Source: a virus
Lineage: Duplodnaviria > Caudoviricetes
Length of the DNA stretch: 63,905 bases
Reading direction: 5' to 3' (one strand)
IMG/VR virus record: IMGVR_UViG_3300037245_001426
Span: 1-63,905 of that record
This document shows, one piece after another, positions 47,586 to 57,051 of the stretch (positions within the stretch are counted from its first letter, which is position 1; each line of letters begins with the position of its first letter). The position numbers were made by a program, and so were the translations under genes. Under the pieces are notes generated by a model, which was given only the letters and a program-made list of their open reading frames with translations, made no database searches and was not told the origin of the DNA.

Positions 47586-49118
47586 TCATTCGGTTACGAA
47601 CATTCGATACGTACACTCAATTGTTCCTTGCATCATTCTAACATCCTGCCGAATCTGACCAAAATCGCTAACGCGGGTAGCATTACGTTTATCATGTACT
47701 CTTCGCAATTGACCAACTAGAGTCTGCTCATCACACTGTCCGTCGCCATAACGGTACACACAAATTTCGTCCATAGCTTCCATGATCAGACCCTTGAGAC
47801 GTTCTGGTCCGTGGAAGTCGTGGTCCTGATTGTACCCCCATAAGATATTGATTTCAACCTCAAGTTTCCAATAGCCTTTGCTTAGCTCGGTGGCTTGCGG
47901 CCCATCCATACGAAATTCAATGTACTTTTGGTACTCAGGAGTAAATCGATAGGTTCCTTCAGCGAAGAAATGGATCTCATTGTCTGACGCGAATTGTCTA
48001 AAATACTCGCTACAAGAAGCCTTTATCCACCGAGCCGTGTGTGGTCGATCCGAGCATACTAGGTGGCTGGCGCTGGCTATTTGTGTGAATACTAGAGTGC
48101 TGGCCGCAGTAACATGGATGGCTACGTCGGGTATATTTGTTTGTAAAAATGCGAGTAGCGATAATGCATTTAGTGTGAACACGCGGGATGCTGTAGCTTC
48201 CTGCGTGTAATTGATAGTCGATGTTGATTCTGCCGCGTATATTGTGTTATTATTTGCACTCTGTATAAAAGTTATAGTAGACGTAGCGATAGACTCAAAA
48301 ATCTTTATACCGAAATTGGACTGTGTGAACGTTACAGCAGAGGCTGCTGTAAGTACCATTATTTTTTGAGATACAGCAGCGTGCGCGAACGTAACTGTGG
48401 ACTCAGCCGCCTTTTCAAGAATTACAATTTGCGGACCTATCCGGCCTTCTACGTCATTAGTACAAATGCCAGATATAAATGAGTCAATACTGTCAATGTA
48501 TTCACTGGTCTTTATAGTCGACGTGAATTGACCTGAGGTCAAATACAGCTTATCATCATTTGTTCCGCCCCACGGAGTATTTGTTCCGTCCCAAGATATA
48601 TCTTCTATACGTGAGTCTATGGCTCCGATGGCCTGGCTAGTTTTGATAGTGGACGTGAATTGCCCGGAAGTCAAGTATAACTTACCGTCGGCGTAGCCAC
48701 ACCAAGGAGTATTCGTGCCATCAAATGACACACCAGATGCGCTTATTTCAATAGATTGTACACTCACACTGGTCTTAACTGTAGATGTAAATTGACCTGA
48801 TTGAAGGTACAATGTTACATCGAGGGCTATTCCAAGCCATGGAGTATCAGTACCATCCCAAGATATTCCTTTATGCGTGGTATTTATGCCATCGATATCT
48901 CTACTTGATTTTATAGTTGACGTAAATTGACCTGAAGTCAAATAGAGTTTGCTAGTGTAGTCCCCGGCCCAAGGAGTGTTAGTGCCATCCCACGTTATGC
49001 CTTCAGGGGATAGATCTAATCCACCAATAAATTCACTAGTCTTGAGTGTAGACGTAAATTGGCCACTCTGCAAATACAGTTTATCGCCTTGAAAACCGCA
49101 CCAAGGTGTGTTAGCCAT
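47586..49118 (-). CDS. 5-repeat module + TFxQ stalk fused to tail-terminator-like domain
   Basis: Same repeats as 37647-40565; ~150-aa C-terminal domain at the terminator position. Confidence 0.65.
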   Translation of the reverse strand: MANTPWCGFQGDKLYLQSGQFTSTLKTSEFIGGLDLSPEGITWDGTNTPWAGDYTSKLYLTSGQFTSTIKSSRDIDGINTTHKGISWDGTDTPWLGIALDVTLYLQSGQFTSTVKTSVSVQSIEISASGVSFDGTNTPWCGYADGKLYLTSGQFTSTIKTSQAIGAIDSRIEDISWDGTNTPWGGTNDDKLYLTSGQFTSTIKTSEYIDSIDSFISGICTNDVEGRIGPQIVILEKAAESTVTFAHAAVSQKIMVLTAASAVTFTQSNFGIKIFESIATSTITFIQSANNNTIYAAESTSTINYTQEATASRVFTLNALSLLAFLQTNIPDVAIHVTAASTLVFTQIASASHLVCSDRPHTARWIKASCSEYFRQFASDNEIHFFAEGTYRFTPEYQKYIEFRMDGPQATELSKGYWKLEVEINILWGYNQDHDFHGPERLKGLIMEAMDEICVYRYGDGQCDEQTLVGQLRRVHDKRNATRVSDFGQIRQDVRMMQGTIECTYRMFVTE

Positions 49119-49744
49119 TACTTAATTCCTTGTACCGCTTGGAGCATTTCGATTAGGTCCAACTCATTGAAATGGCGACAAGGATAATCGTAATGCGCCC
49201 AGATCCTGAAATCAGCGGCTTTGACCTTACGACAAAATGAATAATCTCCGCCAACTTCGACAGTACCATCAGGGTTCCACGTGCGCATGAACGGCTGTTG
49301 ATCCTTTAATTTCAACATCACCCTACGGCTTACAATAAAACATCCGCTACCAATTGCGTCCACTTCCTGCAATCCGTTGCAGGACTCATGCGGCTTATAC
49401 GCGTCACCGACAGCGTCTAACGCGTTAAAGTACCAAGGGCGGTCACCTGGTGTGGAGTTATGCCAGACAGGTGTCGGCAGGCCAATCAAGTCGCAATCAA
49501 ATTCCACCAAATCTAGAGGATTGTTAACCGGAGGATTGTCGTCATCCATTGAAAGCCAATAATCCTCTCCACCCTTCAGGAAATCGTGCATACAATGGTG
49601 TAAATTATTTACGTAAGGGCTATGAGTGGGACAGTCATGGCGCACCCTATAGCGGTTATCCGAAAGGATACGACAGATCGCAAAGTGGACATGCTTATGC
49701 AGCCACCCTTTACCGTTCGGAACTGTTACGTAAACACTGCTCAT
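49118..49744 (-). CDS. glycosyltransferase (GT-A/GT2-like)
   Basis: DYWLSMDDD, EVDAIGSGC...R.V, GDYSFC, G/D.RIWAH. Confidence 0.8.
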   Translation of the reverse strand: MSSVYVTVPNGKGWLHKHVHFAICRILSDNRYRVRHDCPTHSPYVNNLHHCMHDFLKGGEDYWLSMDDDNPPVNNPLDLVEFDCDLIGLPTPVWHNSTPGDRPWYFNALDAVGDAYKPHESCNGLQEVDAIGSGCFIVSRRVMLKLKDQQPFMRTWNPDGTVEVGGDYSFCRKVKAADFRIWAHYDYPCRHFNELDLIEMLQAVQGIK

Positions 49745-50256
49745 TGCTTAACCGTGATTCCCTTCTGAGCCTTGAAGTCCTCGAAAGTGTTCAACTTGTT
49801 ACGGCGGCGTCCCATAGCCGGGTGTTCAGGGTCCATGGCGTTGACGTCGCCTTCATCTTCTTCTAGTCCCAGAGCGCGTTTGGCCTGAATGGCTTGCAGA
49901 ACTTCCTTGTCCTCTCTAATAGCTGGCTCATGCTTATGCGCGCGGTCATTATAGAAATCAGCGCAATCCGTTTCCGTACATACGTGGCACACCGATGGAA
50001 ATGCTGCGACAGCGGCATTAGCGAAGTCTTCAGGTACCATGAGCATACCAATCCAGATGCCTGTAGGACTGTCATTCTCGGTATCGTCGTCGTGATGCCC
50101 CGCAACCTTATCGTAGTGCCAACCGCCAAACTTGTCGACGAAATGTGACCAATCCATGCTGTCACGCACAGCCGGAGCTAGAGTGTTAAAGTCCGGGAAC
50201 TGGTGCCCGCCGCCATTCTTGAGACCGATCTTGACTTTCAGGGGAACGAGTTCCAT
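49741..50256 (-). CDS. hypothetical protein
   Basis: Coupled ORF with GGAG. Confidence 0.65.
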   Translation of the reverse strand: MELVPLKVKIGLKNGGGHQFPDFNTLAPAVRDSMDWSHFVDKFGGWHYDKVAGHHDDDTENDSPTGIWIGMLMVPEDFANAAVAAFPSVCHVCTETDCADFYNDRAHKHEPAIREDKEVLQAIQAKRALGLEEDEGDVNAMDPEHPAMGRRRNKLNTFEDFKAQKGITVKQ

Positions 50257-50753
50257 TATGCAACTCCAATTTCTTGTGAGAATGTTAGTGGTGATTCAGC
50301 TTTCAAATCCACAATCTTATTCCGTACAGCACCTTCCATTACACGACCCACAATCAACCACCCGGTATTCAATTCAAAGTCTTCGACTTCAGCAATCTGG
50401 TAACGTTGGTTCTCCCAGGTGAAGTAGCCATCTACTTTGATTTCAAAATCACCGACATCCCTACGATCTACAATCAGCTTACGTGTACCAGTATTATAGA
50501 GACCGCCGTAAGTCATATTCTTTCCAGCGGCAATATACGCTAAGTCAAACTCGAACTTTTGCGTAAGATTGCGTGGCAGAATTATCACTTTACGGACGTT
50601 CAAGTAATCTGTGACGTTATCACGAACGCCAGTCTTATAGTCCACGTCCTCTGAAGTCACGTTATAGAACGTGACCTCGAAGCCATATTCCTTTTTCAAG
50701 GAGTACAGAACCTTGCGGATGTGCCGTGTTGCTTTTCGTCGCGGTTGTATCAT
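50256..50753 (-). CDS. putative head-closure protein
   Basis: Position; beta-rich; C-terminal AESPLTFSQ tag. Confidence 0.55.
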   Translation of the reverse strand: MIQPRRKATRHIRKVLYSLKKEYGFEVTFYNVTSEDVDYKTGVRDNVTDYLNVRKVIILPRNLTQKFEFDLAYIAAGKNMTYGGLYNTGTRKLIVDRRDVGDFEIKVDGYFTWENQRYQIAEVEDFELNTGWLIVGRVMEGAVRNKIVDLKAESPLTFSQEIGVA

Positions 50754-51022
50754 CTGAAAAATTGAAGAGCTATACTGCCGACAGCAGCAGCGATGCCTGT
50801 GGCCATGAGCCAAAAAACCTTGTTGTTCCTACCATTTGCTTGCTCAAGTCTGTCTAATCGAGTGCTGACATCCTTAGGATTAGATTGCTCAAGTCGATCG
50901 AGTCTCAGAAGAACGCCTGGCTTACTAGGGTCCGAGGGATCACCAACTACTGCTAATACGATGACGTCCAATTTCTCTCTGATTTGCTTCAGTTCGCCGG
51001 CTAAGGCAGCTAGGCCATCCAT
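50750..51022 (-). CDS. small coiled-coil protein with C-terminal TM
   Basis: Duplicated RLDRLEQ; AAGGAG SD. Confidence 0.6.
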   Translation of the reverse strand: MDGLAALAGELKQIREKLDVIVLAVVGDPSDPSKPGVLLRLDRLEQSNPKDVSTRLDRLEQANGRNNKVFWLMATGIAAAVGSIALQFFR

Positions 51023-51035
51023 ATCGCTCTCCTTG

Positions 51036-51090
51036 TTAAAGTTACCAGATCCCGAGTCCCAAATTGGGACTCGGGTAATGGTAACTTTAA
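51036..51090 (-). terminator. long stem-loop immediately after the major capsid gene
   Basis: ttaaagttacca..cccgagtccc / gggactcggg..tggtaactttaa; no clear U-tract, so possibly a stabiliser or processing site. Confidence 0.6.
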
Positions 51091-52526
51091 CCAAGCATGA
51101 CTGCGCCCAAGTCCTCGTCAAGAACCTTGACACCAGCCAAAATGTCCAACGTCACGAGATGTCCCTGTGACGTACCATTGTACGTGATGGTGACACGAAC
51201 GGACATGTCATTGAAGTTGGCCACGCCACTGAGCGCGCCAGTTCCACCCCGCGGCTGCGCCAACGGTCGCGACACGAGCGACAAAGCATTGCGATGGAAC
51301 GCAAAGTTGTAGTCGCCGTTCGGGCCATAATTGACAATGTCATTATCCGACAAAGCAGCATCAAGCGGACGATCAAGTAGGACGTAGTAATCACTACCAT
51401 CCAAGATCACGCGGATGATTCTGTACTCGCCAGATCGCAGAGTAGCACCGGACGAAAAAGAAACCAATTGCCCTTGAATGGGAACAGCAGTAGTGCTGCT
51501 ATCATCATCAATCTTGATGCGCTTGGCATAGCCAGTCGGGTAAGACGTGACACCCGCGTGCCCAGCCAGATCAACAGTGTTGGTAAGAAACTCAGTGATG
51601 TCCGAAGTTCCAACTGCAATGTCCGTACGCAGAGGGCGATCCATAGTCCAATTGTTCGTGTTGATCGCCGTGATCCGGAAAGGCTGCAGGTCTCCTTCGA
51701 TTATGACGTACTGTCCCGCTGTACAGATGGTCCCGTCGTCGACGGCCCATATGAGATCGCCCTTGGACCCACCGGTACCCAGCTCATCAGCGTGAAGAGT
51801 GCTGACCGCGGTCGTTGGATCAGGCACATTCTGACACATGAAAATGTCGAACCCAAGCTTACGCCCGATAGAAGCCTCGCGCAAAGCCGTTCCATCGTCA
51901 CCGACCTTATTGGCCTCGGTGAAGGTGTCCAACTTCAACATCTCGGTTTCGGTACCTGGTGCTACGATCAAATTCCGTCCGGACATCCAAGCGTTGTTCC
52001 GGTTCATAATCTCACGAGTATCAAGGATGTACCCCTTGACCACAGTGTCACTCACCTGACCAAGTTGGCCAGCGGAGTTATCGAGGAACTGATAGACCTG
52101 ACCGAGCAGAATTCGATCGATGGAACGTGCCAACGCCGTGCCTGCCGGGCCGAGGTACTGTGTGACAAGATCAGCAAAACTCTTGCTCTCCTCACCATCC
52201 CGAATTAGGAAGGATGTGTGGATGTGCTGGTCGAGCTTCACCGGGACATTGACTGCAGTCGCGTCCTGGACCGTAACATCGTCATTGACGTCTTTACGCT
52301 CAGCCTCAAACTCACCAGGCTTACGGGTATTGACTACGTCGCCAAAGCTGGCGATCTCTTCAGAAAAATCGGTATGCACCAACTGGCCGATGACCATGTT
52401 CTCTTCGAGAATAGCCAGAGTCTCTTGAGCCCAAACGATGGGATTCCAAGCGCGATCGTCCGTGTCAAAATCGTTGGTGAAGTAAAGTCGGCTAACTTTC
52501 GGAAGAAAGTTCATTTGTGTCTCCAT
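51087..52526 (-). CDS. major capsid protein (P22 coat-like, HK97 fold) with two inserted domains
   Basis: P.VWA.E.L..LE, GD.V...P, AL...ID, IGRKLGFDIF, AFHRNAL.L.SRPL, D.L.G. Confidence 0.88.
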   Translation of the reverse strand: METQMNFLPKVSRLYFTNDFDTDDRAWNPIVWAQETLAILEENMVIGQLVHTDFSEEIASFGDVVNTRKPGEFEAERKDVNDDVTVQDATAVNVPVKLDQHIHTSFLIRDGEESKSFADLVTQYLGPAGTALARSIDRILLGQVYQFLDNSAGQLGQVSDTVVKGYILDTREIMNRNNAWMSGRNLIVAPGTETEMLKLDTFTEANKVGDDGTALREASIGRKLGFDIFMCQNVPDPTTAVSTLHADELGTGGSKGDLIWAVDDGTICTAGQYVIIEGDLQPFRITAINTNNWTMDRPLRTDIAVGTSDITEFLTNTVDLAGHAGVTSYPTGYAKRIKIDDDSSTTAVPIQGQLVSFSSGATLRSGEYRIIRVILDGSDYYVLLDRPLDAALSDNDIVNYGPNGDYNFAFHRNALSLVSRPLAQPRGGTGALSGVANFNDMSVRVTITYNGTSQGHLVTLDILAGVKVLDEDLGAVMLG

Positions 52527-52566
52527 GGAGTATGTTCAGATTTACAGAACCCGGATTGGTTCCCGT

Positions 52567-53397
52567 CTATTGTCGCCCGTAAAGTAGTTCCGGTTTTTCT
52601 TTACGTAGTCTACGGTATTCCTTCGGATCATTCTCGGCAATCTTTACTATATTTGGCGTCTTCCCTGACTTGTAGCTACCCGTGCCACCTATCCCACTCT
52701 TCTTGGTTTCTTCAAAAAGATTCGCATATCGATCGAGTTCACGCATCCGCTTAACAGCCTCAGGGACTGTGATATCCAGCACAATCGGTTTATCGTTCTT
52801 ATCGGTATCCGCGAATTTGACACGAGGCTCGAAGGTGCCCGTGGGCCTGCCTTCGTCATCCAGTTTTTCCACCAATTTTGTTTTTGGTGTTAAGAGCGCG
52901 GCAATTTGTTCCACAGCGATCGCCTTATTGAGGCTCGCTGCTCTGGTAACTTCAGTTTCGATCATCAATTCAGAGTGTTTGTCTCGCCAAGAATCTCGTT
53001 CACTCTTGGTGTCAACCAACTCTGCATCATACGTTTTTCGCAACTTGTCTTCCTGGATCTTGGCTTTCTCTTCAGCCGTCATATACTGCGATTGGAGGTT
53101 CTCAATCTGACCCTGCAAAGAGTCTCGTTCCTCCTGTGAGAGTGCGCTGTTCTTACGCAACTCGCCTAGCTGCGTAGCCAACTGCTTGTTCTTCTCTTGA
53201 GCTTTCCTTTTCTCTTCAGCAACAAACGTGTTGACTTGTTCCTGGGTGAACGTCTTTTCTCCAGCAGCAGAAGCGGCCGCGGCAGCAGCCGTGGCGGCAG
53301 CGGCCGCCGCACCACCATCGCCCTCAGGATCATCACCGCCGTCACCGGCGCCATCAAATTTCAGAATCAAAGCCTTGGATCTCAGAAAACGGAGCAT
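52567..53397 (-). CDS. capsid scaffolding protein
   Basis: KTFTQEQVN, coiled coil, Gly-rich C-terminus; upstream of the MCP. Confidence 0.8.
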   Translation of the reverse strand: MLRFLRSKALILKFDGAGDGGDDPEGDGGAAAAAATAAAAAASAAGEKTFTQEQVNTFVAEEKRKAQEKNKQLATQLGELRKNSALSQEERDSLQGQIENLQSQYMTAEEKAKIQEDKLRKTYDAELVDTKSERDSWRDKHSELMIETEVTRAASLNKAIAVEQIAALLTPKTKLVEKLDDEGRPTGTFEPRVKFADTDKNDKPIVLDITVPEAVKRMRELDRYANLFEETKKSGIGGTGSYKSGKTPNIVKIAENDPKEYRRLRKEKPELLYGRQ

Positions 53398-53450
53398 TAA
53401 AACTCTCCTGGCCCGTGAAAGTTGCAAACACAAAGTCAGCACGGTCCTGA

Positions 53451-53912
53451 CTATGCGCGATTGATTTTCAACGTTCTCGATGTTGCTAGATAAGGCATCA
53501 GAAACCGCCACGCGGTCAAATTCGGAATGCCGGCCACTATATGCGGGATTGTATCCAGAGGGTATCTATTAGTCCGGATGCCTGCATATGTGTGAGATGT
53601 CGAATTCAAATTCTCAACTTCCATATCAGGATCAATACCGTCAAGTAGCGAAAAAGCCAATTCGTAAGTTGCATTCTCTATGTCTTCAGGAACTTCCTCA
53701 TCACCCTCAACATCGTCACCGTAGTACCGAGGGAATTCAAGTTCCTGATCGTCGTCAACCAAGGCGCCACTAAAACGTAGGCGATCAATACGCATGGATG
53801 CCTCAGTCAAAGCGATTACTCGCTCGTCCGGCGTGGCATCGAACCAAGTTTGATTGTGCAACTTGTTCCGAAAATACGTGTCGCCATCTGCTCTAGTGCC
53901 GTAGTTTGCCAT
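53451..53912 (-). CDS. head-tail adaptor (DnaT-like family)
   Basis: Y....D.YF, AL..A..ID, Q.LEFPR, VP..I..A..ELA. Confidence 0.75.
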   Translation of the reverse strand: MANYGTRADGDTYFRNKLHNQTWFDATPDERVIALTEASMRIDRLRFSGALVDDDQELEFPRYYGDDVEGDEEVPEDIENATYELAFSLLDGIDPDMEVENLNSTSHTYAGIRTNRYPLDTIPHIVAGIPNLTAWRFLMPYLATSRTLKINRA

Positions 53913-53915
53913 GTC

Positions 53916-54596
53916 TTACACCTCAACAGGGAGCCAAAGTAGTATAACAAAACCGTTCAGAATTAAATCACAAGGCGGAGTAGGGACACTATGATCATTA
54001 AGATCTACAATCAAATTTAGATATACTTTGTGTGGCCCTGTAAGACCTGAAAATCTCTCCGACTTAAGTTCGAGATTTCCGACCGAAGTTACACCCAATA
54101 CTGCCTTCGGGGTAACTATGGACGTAAATATATCGGCTTCAGTCGCGGTTAATCCATCAGCACCGTTAGCCGGCGCAGTACCCATAGAAATGTCACCATC
54201 CCAATCGGCATCAACGCCTGCTGAACTTTTTGTTATAGTTAAAGATACACCAGCAGCCTGCGTAATAGCAGGTGTGCTCCCAAATTCCCAAATCAATCTG
54301 CTCCCGTAGGCGGGGCCTGGAGGGCCGTCCGCCAAGGGAACAACAACATTGGTTAATTTAATATGGGTAGATTGATACTTGGCAAGACTATTCCTGTCTA
54401 TTTCAAGTCCCGAATCATTAGCAGGAATGCTGCCAGCTACTTCGCCTTGCGCACCCAAATAAGTCTGCATAGCTGCAATTTCAGATACAATTTGATCATA
54501 ATCAGACTTGTCAGCTTCACGCCTGACACCTAAAGCGGCATCCCTAGTAGGGCTGCTACCATCCCATACCGAATTAGGGTAAGCGTTGTGGCCCAT
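53916..54596 (-). CDS. putative head decoration protein
   Basis: Shared N-terminal A.P..WDG.S..R...E.AA.Q module. Confidence 0.55.
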   Translation of the reverse strand: MGHNAYPNSVWDGSSPTRDAALGVRREADKSDYDQIVSEIAAMQTYLGAQGEVAGSIPANDSGLEIDRNSLAKYQSTHIKLTNVVVPLADGPPGPAYGSRLIWEFGSTPAITQAAGVSLTITKSSAGVDADWDGDISMGTAPANGADGLTATEADIFTSIVTPKAVLGVTSVGNLELKSERFSGLTGPHKVYLNLIVDLNDHSVPTPPCDLILNGFVILLWLPVEV

Positions 54597-54598
54597 GC

Positions 54599-55345
54599 TT
54601 AGTCGTCTCCCAGCATTGTCCATACAAACGTGCAGACGCCAGTACACAAAAGTGCGTCGGCCACGGTTCCGTGATCAGCGTCGTCAACAGTTCGCATGTT
54701 GAGCCGTGCAGTGTAACTGCCACCGGTACCGTCGATCGCTGCTAGGGCGCCAGTGCCCATACCAGTCTCGATAGCTGCCGACGTTCCACCAGTCAAAGCG
54801 ACGACAATAGCCGTAATGATGTCTTCCTCGTCGCCAGCGTTCAGATCGAAAGAACTGGCGTTAGCAGCGGCCACTGATCCCACTCCGATTTCAAAATCAG
54901 CGGTGTCACTCAGGCCAGTACCGCCTCCGGTGACCGCTTCCAAGAGACCCAACGGGAATTGGATGTGCTGGCCAAGCAACATAATCCGCCCCGTGGGAAA
55001 CACATAAAGAGGTTGGGTGAACCATGCGCCGTCAGTGGCCGGTGTACTGCCGTCGGTAGTGGCCACGGACATTTCTGTCATCGTGAGGATGGTCTTGTGA
55101 ATCCCACCATTGCCCTTCTCAACAACAGTCAAGCCGGTCTTAGTAGCCACAGTGCCGACGCTGTCAAGCGTGTCATCGTCGATACCAGAAGCGTTGTTAT
55201 TGACGCGCGTCTGTGCTGCTGCCACCTCTGCGACCATGCGATTCCAATCTCGCCAGTCCGGCGACATCTGCGGAGCATCATCGCTGTCACGATTGCCTGA
55301 GTCACCGTCCCAAATTGCTCCTGGAAAACCTGCTACTTGTCCCAT
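54599..55345 (-). CDS. putative head decoration protein
   Basis: Shared N-terminal module; paralog of 53916-54596. Confidence 0.55.
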   Translation of the reverse strand: MGQVAGFPGAIWDGDSGNRDSDDAPQMSPDWRDWNRMVAEVAAAQTRVNNNASGIDDDTLDSVGTVATKTGLTVVEKGNGGIHKTILTMTEMSVATTDGSTPATDGAWFTQPLYVFPTGRIMLLGQHIQFPLGLLEAVTGGGTGLSDTADFEIGVGSVAAANASSFDLNAGDEEDIITAIVVALTGGTSAAIETGMGTGALAAIDGTGGSYTARLNMRTVDDADHGTVADALLCTGVCTFVWTMLGDD

Positions 55346-57051
55346 TATTTCTCCTCTTGTCGTACGGGTTTCTTGGTGTCACCTTGGAGGTCAGGGTTCT
55401 GACTCTCCACTTTTTCACTTTTAGCACTTTCCTCAGGTGAGGCGTCCAGATCCCCAACACCGCGAGCACCATCGTTAGATTGTGCGTTTTTGATTCTCAA
55501 AATTCTTTCTGCGTGATCTACTTTAGCTTGCGTGACCTCTTTCTCAGCATTGTACCCGCGAGCTGTCGACGCCGTCATTGTCGATACTAGACCCTTCTCT
55601 AGGTCACCATAGATCACTTCAGGCTCCGACGAAAGATACTCAGCGGTCTCGATCTGTCCAATGATCTCAGCCATATCTTCGTGAGAGATCTTGGCTTCCA
55701 ATAGGCCACGTGCAATTTGCTTCAGCATCTCGCGTTGTGCCTTCTCAGTCGGCAATTTGATCATAACATCATACGCATCTTGTGCTTCCTTCAGCCGATC
55801 GGAATCAGTTTTCAGTGCGTACTGCTCTGGGTACTTGATCGTGACCGTCTCATCGCTGTCTTCATACTCATTGAAGTACGATGCTAACTGCCGTTCGGCA
55901 TGTTCTAGAATCAATCCAATAAAGGACAGCCCACTCTCTAAGCCTCTCTCATCCAATGATTTTGAGGTTCCTGACGCGTACTTCGGTTGAATGGAGCTAA
56001 GCGTCAGATTGACAAGGGTCCTAATGTCCTCTTTCAGTTGCTTCTGCTTTGCCATGGATGCCTGTAGAGGCTCCGACGACGGGTTAATAAATGCAGGTTG
56101 ATCAGTATCTTTCGAGTACGTGCGTCCTGTGGTTCCGCCGACAACTACCTCATGGGCATCTTCACCGTCCGAGGTGTCACTCTTCAGATGCGCAGATGAC
56201 ATACGATCCTGCTGCTCGATGTAGAACGGGAAGTTAGCTTTCAGCGAGTAAGCTACATCACTGCTTTCCAAGTTCAACAAAGCAATCTGGTGATTCGCTA
56301 TGTCTGTCAAAAGGGAGCGATTCAGCTCCATTAACACAAAAGGAATCCTTGTGATTCCGAGTGGAATTGGATCTTCGCCCGCGTCGCCGTTAATATCAAT
56401 TGGCTCTGAACTATCATTGAAGAATCTCACCATCACTTGGCCGTCTTCCACAGTCAGCAGCCGGTAGCGAGTGTAGTCTGTGTCCGGAAGACCGAAAAGA
56501 TTGTACGTGAGTACTTTTTCTCTAAGAAGCAGTGCCTCAAACTCAAGGAACGTGCCGTTGTGTGCCATACGCCAATTAAGGATGTCCTCAGCCGCGTAGG
56601 TATAATAGTATGGGTGGAGATCCTTAGTCTGACTAAGTGTACTCATGCCAGTCAGATTTGGCATATCAACATAGACGCCGACTTTTCCCATGAACAGCAA
56701 CTCAGACAGCACTTTATTGCCGATAAAATAATTGATCGTAGCACCAAGAAGATCGACGCCGCCGTCTTGACCTTTCATGGCGCGGTGGTATTCGTCGCTA
56801 CCGCCGTCGCGCGTGATCCCACTCATCCTGAGGTAGATAGAATTTTTGATGTCATTGACAGCACCTGCAGCAAACCCCGGTACCGGCGTAATCGTCGACC
56901 TGGTGTTAAAATCTTCTGAGCTCTCGCGGTCAGAATAAGATTCCAAGTACGCAGAGATAAAATCGTCCCCGCCTGCCTCTACGAGCCGATATTTCTGCCA
57001 ACTGTTTAGCTGAGCCATATAATCTGGATGAGTTGACTGCGCTATGCTCAT
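55345..57051 (-). CDS. portal protein
   Basis: Follows terminase; HPDY.....W, AEDILNW, IPFV, L.DIA, S..SK..D. Confidence 0.85.
   Translation of the reverse strand: MSIAQSTHPDYMAQLNSWQKYRLVEAGGDDFISAYLESYSDRESSEDFNTRSTITPVPGFAAGAVNDIKNSIYLRMSGITRDGGSDEYHRAMKGQDGGVDLLGATINYFIGNKVLSELLFMGKVGVYVDMPNLTGMSTLSQTKDLHPYYYTYAAEDILNWRMAHNGTFLEFEALLLREKVLTYNLFGLPDTDYTRYRLLTVEDGQVMVRFFNDSSEPIDINGDAGEDPIPLGITRIPFVLMELNRSLLTDIANHQIALLNLESSDVAYSLKANFPFYIEQQDRMSSAHLKSDTSDGEDAHEVVVGGTTGRTYSKDTDQPAFINPSSEPLQASMAKQKQLKEDIRTLVNLTLSSIQPKYASGTSKSLDERGLESGLSFIGLILEHAERQLASYFNEYEDSDETVTIKYPEQYALKTDSDRLKEAQDAYDVMIKLPTEKAQREMLKQIARGLLEAKISHEDMAEIIGQIETAEYLSSEPEVIYGDLEKGLVSTMTASTARGYNAEKEVTQAKVDHAERILRIKNAQSNDGARGVGDLDASPEESAKSEKVESQNPDLQGDTKKPVRQEEK

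Noticed and set aside
37647-49118. Diversity-generating retroelement acting on the repeat modules
   Set aside because: No reverse transcriptase is present, and differences between copies are not confined to adenines.
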